Shown piece by piece: positions 26,031 to 32,052 of a stretch of DNA of 32,052 nt. The stretch covers positions 1 through 32,052 of the IMG/VR virus record IMGVR_UViG_3300025652_000295, one strand, 5' to 3'. Origin of the DNA: a virus. Lineage: Duplodnaviria; Caudoviricetes. The first letter of the stretch is position 1. Every line of letters starts with the position of its first letter. The notes beneath the pieces were generated by a model. That model saw nothing but the letters and a program-made list of their open reading frames with translations, was not told the origin of the DNA and searched no databases. The translations under genes and the position numbers were made by a program.

Positions 26031-27230
26031 CTAAAAGTTTTCTGTTATTCTACAGATTTGCCCATCTTTCTTATGATGTATAAAAGCTTCTACCGCTACT
26101 GGAGCGTGTTGATAACCGTTTCTATGATGCCATGAATCTGCACCACTTGGACTTCTTAAAGTTTCTAAAGTAATACCTGGATAATCTTTAGCTATTTTAT
26201 GATGTACGTGATGACCGTAAACATATCTACGCGTTGTAGAATCCCACATCTTACTTTCTTGCGCTACTAATACGGGTAATAAATCCATCTTAGCACCATC
26301 CATGTGAGTCGTACAAATTAAATTATCATAATACTTAGTGTATTTTCTATGGCTCATATCACAATCAAAAGTAACATCTTCAGATTTATGAAACCATGAA
26401 CTAACCGAATCTAGCAACATAAACCCCGACATAAAGTCATGATTAGATGGGTTAAACACTACTTCTACTGGTGCTACTTGCATTAATAATTCAATAACAT
26501 CTACTAATAACTTCTTAGCCATTAAGAATGAATCATACCACATACCATCTACATCTTGCCTTGTACCGCTTGTAGTGGTGTTATTAGGCGAATCTACGTG
26601 TAAAATATCATTACCTGCTACAAATATAACCTTATCAAAACTAAATCCTTTAGACTTACTTAAAATACCTTTTAATCCATTCATAACTCTATTAACTGCT
26701 ATCTGTGAATTATAATCTTCACCAGTTTCAAAAGATGATGCTATTTTACCGATATGAATATCAGCAGGGTCAAACACTAGACAATGTGATTCTTTAGCAT
26801 CTAAATACTCAACCTTTGGATAAACAGGCGCGTAAAGTTTCATTTCTTCAATTAAAGAATCTCTAACCTTGAAATAGTTATGCTCTTCAATATCACCCTT
26901 CTCAACCTTCTTTGGTGCGTACTGCACCCATTGCATCCCTGTAGTCTTTGATGTACTAACCTTAATAACCTCAAAGTTATCAGGGACATCTATAGGTTTA
27001 CTTTGCAGCTTCTCAGTACTGGATATTACGTTGCCTTTCTTATCAAGCTTCTTAATTGTTTCTACAAACTTCCTTTTGTTAGGTGTTGTTCTGATCTTTG
27101 TTATCTCTTCATGTTGCTCCTCAGAAATATAGTACCTTGCCTGACTCCTTCCCTTGTCGTTTGTCTTAACTTTTAAATCTAGGTACTCAGCTTCTGACTT
27201 ACTTAACCTTACTCTAATCTTATTACTCAT
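26031..27230 (-). CDS. Calcineurin-like metallophosphoesterase
   Basis: ADIHIG, GNDILHVD, SNHD, THMD and GHHVHH motifs. Start set at MSNK, after the TATATTAG box at 27244-27251. Confidence 0.85.
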   Translation of the reverse strand: MSNKIRVRLSKSEAEYLDLKVKTNDKGRSQARYYISEEQHEEITKIRTTPNKRKFVETIKKLDKKGNVISSTEKLQSKPIDVPDNFEVIKVSTSKTTGMQWVQYAPKKVEKGDIEEHNYFKVRDSLIEEMKLYAPVYPKVEYLDAKESHCLVFDPADIHIGKIASSFETGEDYNSQIAVNRVMNGLKGILSKSKGFSFDKVIFVAGNDILHVDSPNNTTTSGTRQDVDGMWYDSFLMAKKLLVDVIELLMQVAPVEVVFNPSNHDFMSGFMLLDSVSSWFHKSEDVTFDCDMSHRKYTKYYDNLICTTHMDGAKMDLLPVLVAQESKMWDSTTRRYVYGHHVHHKIAKDYPGITLETLRSPSGADSWHHRNGYQHAPVAVEAFIHHKKDGQICRITENF

Positions 27231-27269
27231 TAGGGTTTTTTTGCTAATATAATAAAAAAAAGAGTATCC

Positions 27270-27427
27270 CAATTAACTGTTACTTCTATTAGGTGTTCGT
27301 TAAAACCCACAGTCGGAACAAAAAAACGCGCTTTGGACACGCTCAACTTTTTAAGAATCTTTTTTGCTATTGGTAAACCGTCCGATTTATACTCTTTTAG
27401 TATTACAGTTATACGGTTGTTATGTGT
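27270..27427 (-). mobile_element. Long, degenerate attC-like site closing a two-gene cassette
   Basis: Minus strand ACACATAAC 2 nt after the stop, then TAACTGTAATACT ... AGTAACAGTTA imperfect arms around a GC-richer centre. Distal GTT core not intact. Confidence 0.45.
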
Positions 27428-27429
27428 AA

Positions 27430-27600
27430 CTATTTAAACTCCACCCGCTGAACTTTCAACCCGTCAATTATTAACGGTAGTTTCTTTTGCACGATGGTAT
27501 TGTAAACCCAACCGTAAGCGTTGCAAGCCTTTTTTAAGTTGCCAAAACAAAGGGCGTATTGCCCCTCGTCTACTACTATTATTACAGTTTTTCTTTGCAT
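27430..27600 (-). CDS. Small putative DNA-binding protein (56 aa, not in ORF track)
   Basis: MQRKTVIIVVDEGQYALCFGNLKKACNAYGWVYNTIVQKKLPLIIDGLKVQRVEFK. 'FGNLKKAC..YGW.YNT' is HTH-like. Confidence 0.65.
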   Translation of the reverse strand: MQRKTVIIVVDEGQYALCFGNLKKACNAYGWVYNTIVQKKLPLIIDGLKVQRVEFK

Positions 27601-27610
27601 TGTTTTTTAT

Positions 27611-27811
27611 TTATATTAATTCACAAAAAATCACTTCTTTAGCTTTATAAACATTTTTTAAATGTTCAACCTCATTTTCTAAACCATAAGCCTTTACGCT
27701 TTTAGCAATTGAAGCTGATTCTCTTTTTACTTCTGCTCCGTTTAACCCACCTCTATGAGTAGCCACGTATTCAAATATTAAGTTTTTCGTATCAATGTAT
27801 AAAGTTGTCAT
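27611..27811 (-). CDS. Hypothetical protein (66 aa), first gene of the two-gene cassette
   Basis: Start set at MTTLY, downstream of the TATCTTTA box at 27840-27847. Confidence 0.7.
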   Translation of the reverse strand: MTTLYIDTKNLIFEYVATHRGGLNGAEVKRESASIAKSVKAYGLENEVEHLKNVYKAKEVIFCELI

Positions 27812-27918
27812 TTCGTTGTGTTTTTGTTTGTTACTGATGTAAAGATACAACTCTTTTTTACTTCCGCAAAGAAAAAACGTAAAAATATTAAAAATAATTA
27901 CACGCAACACATAACTCG

Positions 27919-28074
27919 TTATTTATTAGTTTCAATTACAACACTATAACCGCATTTTTCCGTATCCGTTCGGATCACATCAACCTTACCTAGTTTTTTC
28001 CGTTCCTCTGGAATTTCCTCTTTTTTACAGGAAGCAAAGATTAAGATTGAAAGTATTAATAAGTGCTTAATCAT
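27919..28074 (-). CDS. Small lipoprotein (51 aa, not in ORF track)
   Basis: MIKHLLILSILIFASC-KKEE...: signal peptide, lipobox FASC, ATGA overlap with the upstream gene. Confidence 0.65.
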   Translation of the reverse strand: MIKHLLILSILIFASCKKEEIPEERKKLGKVDVIRTDTEKCGYSVVIETNK

Positions 28075-28415
28075 ACTTTTAACCCTCTTTCAATCGCTTC
28101 TTTTTCTGTTATTGTTTCAAACGTATCTGAATCGAAACCTTTATTATGGTCAAACGCTGACTGATTACCTAATAAAGGTTTTACATATATTCTATCAGAT
28201 TGCTTTAAAACCTCGTAAAACTTAAAAACACCTTCTAAATCTTTTGTCACCTCATCTTTGTAGTGTTTCCATCCACTATCGAAATCTATAGAAGACTCTA
28301 TGTTATAAAAATCTCTACCGTAGAAAGTATTATCACCAATACAAAGAACTTCTACAAAATATTCTTCTGAATAACAATCCCTAGTTAATTTGTCGCCTAC
28401 TTTAATATCAATCAT
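28071..28415 (-). CDS. Hypothetical protein
   Basis: 114-aa ORF in the operon. Confidence 0.7.
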   Translation of the reverse strand: MIDIKVGDKLTRDCYSEEYFVEVLCIGDNTFYGRDFYNIESSIDFDSGWKHYKDEVTKDLEGVFKFYEVLKQSDRIYVKPLLGNQSAFDHNKGFDSDTFETITEKEAIERGLKV

Positions 28416-28432
28416 GCCGTTTGTTTTTAATA

Positions 28433-28672
28433 TTAATATCTATCGCTAATTTCTTCCTCCATTGCTTCTATTAAGTACTCTAAAGTATCATCATTAGAAA
28501 CTCTCTTTAGTAAATCAGTAATATCTTTCCCGTTACATATAACCTTATCAATCTCTGTTATACCTCCCTGTACTGGGCAAACTTCTAAACCACCATCTTC
28601 TGATAAGTCATAAGAGTAGTCTATTTCTAATTTTAATCCTTCTAAATAAAAAATTGATCCTTTTGCGTCCAT
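28433..28672 (-). CDS. Hypothetical acidic protein
   Basis: 79-aa ORF with an A-rich start context. Confidence 0.7.
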   Translation of the reverse strand: MDAKGSIFYLEGLKLEIDYSYDLSEDGGLEVCPVQGGITEIDKVICNGKDITDLLKRVSNDDTLEYLIEAMEEEISDRY

Positions 28673-28718
28673 GTCGTTTTTTTTTAAGTTGTGAAATAAC
28701 TACGCTGCTAACGTTAAA

Positions 28719-28952
28719 TTACTTAATGTTATTAAAGTAAGTAGTTCCGTGTATATTTGAATGATTGTAAGTTACATAGCAAGTATTTCTTCTATACGTT
28801 ACAGAAATCTTATCTTCTGAAATATGTACTGGCGAAGAATAACTTTCAGTATCAAATCCAAAACCTTTACAAAATCCTTTTAAACTATTAATGCTTTCTT
28901 TGTTGTTTATCATTTCCTTGATGTAGTCGAAGTTTGTTTTATCTAGTGTCAT
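28719..28952 (-). CDS. Hypothetical protein
   Basis: 77 aa. Promoter-like TATATTCG at 28989-28996. Confidence 0.7.
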   Translation of the reverse strand: MTLDKTNFDYIKEMINNKESINSLKGFCKGFGFDTESYSSPVHISEDKISVTYRRNTCYVTYNHSNIHGTTYFNNIK

Positions 28953-29045
28953 AATTTGTATTTTAATAGTTACTGCGTTATCGCACTACGAATATAGTTC
29001 TAACATTTGTAATAAAAAACTATTATTGGAATTATTTTAATTTAT

Positions 29046-30506
29046 TTATCCAATCGCTCTAATTTTCTTACGTCTGTTGGTATTCTTATCAATAGCCATT
29101 ATTAGGATATCAACTTGGTCATCATGCGACCCATTAGGAAAGGCTTTAAGCTCATTTAAGAAACCATCTATATATCTACCGTCTAATAAATTAACTCTAC
29201 CTGATTCAACAAATGCAGATACACTACTAGCTCTACTAATCTTGTCTTGTGTTGGTGGCTTGTCCTCCATTATATTTAACCCTGTACTTCTTTTAAGCAT
29301 TTGTACAATACTTTTCCCACTCGCTTTAGGTTCTACATAAATACGGCTTCTATTGGTGTAACCGTTAATACTTGTAAATAGTTGAATCTCTTTTATAAGT
29401 TCGGGAAACTCCATACGCACAGCTCTAACATCTCTAATATAAAGCTCATTGTTATGAAAAGCACAGGCTAACATAGCAGTAGCATCATTTTCCTGTTTAT
29501 TAGTATAAGCAGTATCTAAATAGTAATCCCACTTTAAACTATCCATCAATAACCCAGCAGGAAGCTGTTTAATAATGTTAAACCATTGACCTTTAAATAT
29601 ACCACCCTCACTAGGTGAAGGAAGTTGTGAGTATTGACCCGAATAACCGTAACTACCTAAACCAGTTTTAAAGCCATCTAATACACTTTTAGATAATCTT
29701 TGTGGAAATAGTAAACCATCAACATAAAACTTATTTAACTCAATAGGAAGTACGTTATCTGATAACTCAGCAGGTAAACAAATATGTTCCCAGTTGTTAG
29801 GCTCTTTACTTAGTAACATTCCTGTTAAATCATTCTCGTGTAACCTTTGCATTATAACAATAAAAACACCCTTATCAGGATTATTAAGCCTACTACGTAA
29901 TGTTTCATTAAAAAACCTATTGGCATTTTCTCTTTCTACTTCTGATCTTGCTAACTGTGGGTTTTGTGGGTCATCAATAACTATTATATCTCCACCCATT
30001 CCTGTTATCGTTCCACCTGTAGAAGTAGAATATCTTAAACCTCCATTAGGAGTAGTAAACCTTGATTTAGTGTTTTCATCTTTTGATAAATGCACATCAG
30101 GAAAGTGCAACCTAAACCAATCGCTTTCTATTAACCTCCTGGACTGAGTAGATAACACAATTGATAAACTAGCACTATAGGAAGAGCTTATAAACTGTAT
30201 AGAGTCTTTTAGTATCCAACAGTAAACAGAAAAAAACACGTTTACCAATTCACTCTTTAATGTTCTAGGTGGAACGTTAATTAATAAGTGCTTTGTTCTT
30301 TCACCTCCATTAACTATTCTTTCTGCTTCTACCTGTAACCTATCACATAATAGTTTAATATGCCAGTTAGGTGTAAGCTCTTGCCCGTTGTGTAATGTTT
30401 TAAAAGCTTCTAAACTAAATTCATAAAATGATTTACGGTATAACTCGGCTTTAAGCTTCGTTAGATCCAAGCCCTTTAATAAGTCCTCTAATTGTTTCTT
30501 CATCAA
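29046..30506 (-). CDS. terL: Terminase large subunit
   Basis: Walker A-like 'NVPPRTLKS', Walker B 'IIVIDDP', 'MQRLHENDL', nuclease motifs 'LDTAYT', 'VEPKASG' and 'HDDQVD'. Confidence 0.95.
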   Translation of the reverse strand: MMKKQLEDLLKGLDLTKLKAELYRKSFYEFSLEAFKTLHNGQELTPNWHIKLLCDRLQVEAERIVNGGERTKHLLINVPPRTLKSELVNVFFSVYCWILKDSIQFISSSYSASLSIVLSTQSRRLIESDWFRLHFPDVHLSKDENTKSRFTTPNGGLRYSTSTGGTITGMGGDIIVIDDPQNPQLARSEVERENANRFFNETLRSRLNNPDKGVFIVIMQRLHENDLTGMLLSKEPNNWEHICLPAELSDNVLPIELNKFYVDGLLFPQRLSKSVLDGFKTGLGSYGYSGQYSQLPSPSEGGIFKGQWFNIIKQLPAGLLMDSLKWDYYLDTAYTNKQENDATAMLACAFHNNELYIRDVRAVRMEFPELIKEIQLFTSINGYTNRSRIYVEPKASGKSIVQMLKRSTGLNIMEDKPPTQDKISRASSVSAFVESGRVNLLDGRYIDGFLNELKAFPNGSHDDQVDILIMAIDKNTNRRKKIRAIG

Positions 30507-30918
30507 ATTTAGAATATTCTATTTCGGTATCAACATTTACAACTACTTCTTTACTAAAGTTTTCTGTAATCTGTTTTAAGTTCCATTCTTTAAATTTACG
30601 TTCTATAATCCACGCCCATCTTTGCCATGCTCTATCATCTTCTGCAAACTTTTTAAATAAACTTTCCTTTTGTTTTAGCAACGCTCTTTTTATAAGAGAT
30701 AAAAATTCTTTTCCAGTTTCCCCTAATTCGCTGTAATCTCCTGATTTCCACTTTCTAAAGGTTATTTGTGCTATTCTATCTTTAGTATCTAATTCCTCAT
30801 TAATTAAGAATACTAATTCCTCATCAGTAAGAAGCATTAAATTCTCTCTAAAAAGTACATCTTTAGACACCTCTATAAACTTATCTATCTTTGATGGTCT
30901 ACCTACTTTCTTTGCCAT
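30451..30918 (-). CDS. terS: Terminase small subunit
   Basis: 'GRPSK' N-terminus, 'WQRWAWIIERKF..W', immediately upstream of terL. Confidence 0.75.
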   Translation of the reverse strand: MAKKVGRPSKIDKFIEVSKDVLFRENLMLLTDEELVFLINEELDTKDRIAQITFRKWKSGDYSELGETGKEFLSLIKRALLKQKESLFKKFAEDDRAWQRWAWIIERKFKEWNLKQITENFSKEVVVNVDTEIEYSKFDEETIRGLIKGLGSNEA

Positions 30919-31129
30919 ACTTACCGTATTTAAAATCTAATCCTAATAACTCTCTACTAACTAAAACAACTTCCTCACTATGTAACCAATAATAAGTAAT
31001 ACTACTACCATCTATTCTGCTTTGAATAAAAGTACCATCTTTACTTATCACCTTGTAATACTCCTTATCCTTTCTTACTGGATAAAAGGTATCACCTTTA
31101 GTTAGTTGTTGAGCTTTTATGATATTCAT
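30899..31129 (-). CDS. Hypothetical protein
   Basis: 76 aa, overlaps the terS start. Confidence 0.65.
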   Translation of the reverse strand: MNIIKAQQLTKGDTFYPVRKDKEYYKVISKDGTFIQSRIDGSSITYYWLHSEEVVLVSRELLGLDFKYGKYGKESR

Positions 31130-31247
31130 TTGTTTCTAATTCTATTATTCTTTGCTCTAATCTATTAACTTTTCTTCGTACTAATATAAACCTATCAAAC
31201 ACCCCGTAACAAGCTACTAACAACTGCGCTATATCTTCATAATCCAT
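31098..31247 (-). CDS. Small hypothetical protein (49 aa, not in ORF track)
   Basis: MDYEDIAQLLVACYGVFDRFILVRRKVNRLEQRIIELETNEYHKSSTTN, 13 nt after the TATATTAG box at 31261-31268. Confidence 0.5.
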   Translation of the reverse strand: MDYEDIAQLLVACYGVFDRFILVRRKVNRLEQRIIELETNEYHKSSTTN

Positions 31248-31270
31248 ATTAACCACAGTACTAATATACT

Positions 31271-31298
31271 AAAAAAAAACAAGCCATTAAAACGGCTT
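31271..31298 (-). terminator. Rho-independent terminator closing the cassette array
   Basis: Minus strand AAGCCGTT-TT-AATGGCTT-G-T9. Confidence 0.75.
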
Positions 31299-31355
31299 TT
31301 AACAAGCAGCAAAAGCCACCTGAAAAAGGCAGCGTTTTGCTTTCATGTTATAAAT
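31297..31355 (-). mobile_element. attC-like site
   Basis: Minus strand ATTTATAAC ... AGCAAAA-CGCT-GCC ... GGC-TTTTGCT ... GTTAAAA, 59 bp, 2 nt after the stop codon. Confidence 0.7.
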
Positions 31356-31357
31356 AA

Positions 31358-31582
31358 TTATCTATACTTTTTTAGTTCTTCTTTCATTTGTTCAGTAAGC
31401 CAATACTCAGCGTCTTTACTTGTTTTCTTTTCAAGTTTTATAGCAGTTTTAACAGTCAATCTTTTAATACCGTTAATTATATCGCACATCTGAGAACTTT
31501 GGATATTAACATCCCTTGAAAATTGCCTAATTGATAGTTCAGAGTTTTTAATCTCCTTTACTAAATCTTTTTTCCAGCTCAT
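31358..31582 (-). CDS. HigA-like XRE/HTH antitoxin-family protein on a cassette
   Basis: 'LSIRQFSRDVNIQSSQMCDIINGIKRLTVKTAIKLEK....AEYWLTEQ' matches the HigA pattern. No toxin recognisable next to it. Confidence 0.8.
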   Translation of the reverse strand: MSWKKDLVKEIKNSELSIRQFSRDVNIQSSQMCDIINGIKRLTVKTAIKLEKKTSKDAEYWLTEQMKEELKKYR

Positions 31583-31597
31583 AATAAACACTTAATA

Positions 31598-31654
31598 ATT
31601 TATAACATCAATTTAAAAACAACTGACGCAGTTTTAACTTGTAGCATTATTTAC
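31598..31654 (-). mobile_element. attC-like site (AAC core mutated to AAT)
   Basis: Minus strand GTAAATAAT ... TTAAAACTG-CGT-CAGTTGTTTTTAA ... GTTATAAAT, 57 bp. Confidence 0.6.
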
Positions 31655-31656
31655 AA

Positions 31657-31869
31657 TTAGGTTGTTTTTAAAATTTCGTTAGCTAAAATAATCATAGCTA
31701 AAGCTTTTCTTTTATCCTCTTGATCTTCATTCGGGAAAAGTCTATAGGTTTCATCAAAAACTTTTTCCATATCTATGTTTAACAAACTTAAATTATAAGT
31801 TATATTAACACTATCTTCTTCCTTGTTCCAAATATCGTGGAAGTTTCTAATCTTTCCTTTAAATTCCAT
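31657..31869 (-). CDS. Hypothetical protein (70 aa) on a cassette
   Basis: Start set at MEFK. Flanked by attC-like sites. Confidence 0.7.
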   Translation of the reverse strand: MEFKGKIRNFHDIWNKEEDSVNITYNLSLLNIDMEKVFDETYRLFPNEDQEDKRKALAMIILANEILKTT

Positions 31870-31886
31870 CTTTATAAATTTTAACA

Positions 31887-31942
31887 GTAAATAACACACG
31901 TATAAAAAGCAATTAAAAAAGCTTTTATTCTAACCGTTAATC
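31887..31942 (-). mobile_element. attC-like site
   Basis: Minus strand GATTAAC (includes the upstream stop) ... ATAAAAGC ... GCTTTTTAT ... GTTATTTAC, 56 bp. Confidence 0.65.
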
Positions 31943-32052
31943 TTTTTGTACGCTATCATGTACATTATTACTTTCATCCCTTATACCCTTTATAATATTA
32001 TGTATTACATCGGTTATAGCTTCGTAGTATTCCTCGTTAGCTATGTTTCTTT
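31937..32052 (-). CDS. C-terminal end of a gene starting outside the window
   Basis: ...RNIANEEYYEAITDVIHNIIKGIRDESNNVHDSVQKD*, with the stop inside the TAAC core. Confidence 0.55.
   Translation of the reverse strand, partial: RNIANEEYYEAITDVIHNIIKGIRDESNNVHDSVQKD

Noticed and set aside
27231-27272. Longer N-termini given by the ORF track (also 2314, 12193, 25975, 27910, 31591, 31899)
   Set aside because: The extensions run over promoter boxes, leader hairpins or att-like cores, or use weak non-ATG starts. Downstream ATGs with A-rich context fit better.
28694-28718. TTTAAC-12nt-GTTATTT after gene 28719 as a further attC
   Set aside because: Too short, no inner stem, and I found no matching core at the other end of the neighbouring genes.
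672-30147. Plus-strand ORFs in the track other than 9103..9285 (672, 4472, 5311, 12421, 13222, 17618, 18224, 20840, 22745, 23086, 29077, 29794)
   Set aside because: All are antisense shadows of well-supported minus-strand genes, with atypical composition and mostly non-ATG starts.
1-32052. Stop-codon reassignment, tRNA genes, introns/inteins, diversity-generating retroelement
   Set aside because: Core genes are intact and of normal length in code 11. I saw no cloverleaf, reverse transcriptase or TR/VR repeat pair by eye. tRNAscan-SE and a self dot-plot would be needed to exclude them formally.

Overview
AT-rich tailed dsDNA phage segment, siphovirus-like (996-aa tape measure, no sheath gene), most likely infecting Bacteroidota/Flavobacteriia: TAnnTTTG-type -7 promoter boxes, A-rich start regions without Shine-Dalgarno sequences, DUF3127- and DUF5675-like genes. 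Nearly all genes are on the minus strand. In transcription order: small accessory genes, small and large terminase, accessory genes, metallophosphoesterase, NUMOD4-HNH-AP2 endonuclease, a -1 frameshifted tail-chaperone-like pair, a Rieske-motif protein, a GT2 glycosyltransferase, the tail module, ClpP-type prohead protease, major capsid, tail tube, portal, adaptor, beta-helix tail spike, a lysis-like cassette, and a Sak/SSB/VRR-NUC recombination module. Signals not explained by the ORF map: (1) small accessory genes at three loci (about 9.0-9.4, 27.3-27.9 and 31.3-31.9 kb) are packaged as integron-type cassettes, with attC-like hairpins and cassette-specific complementary core sites, but no integrase in the window; (2) a 9-3-9 palindrome TATTTAGAA-CGN-TTCTAAATA, resembling a flavobacterial Fur box, sits on three promoters feeding virion genes; (3) those promoters appear to give leaderless mRNAs; (4) there is a candidate small RNA and a kissing-loop attenuator-like leader. 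All family assignments come from motif recognition and gene context, not from database searches.
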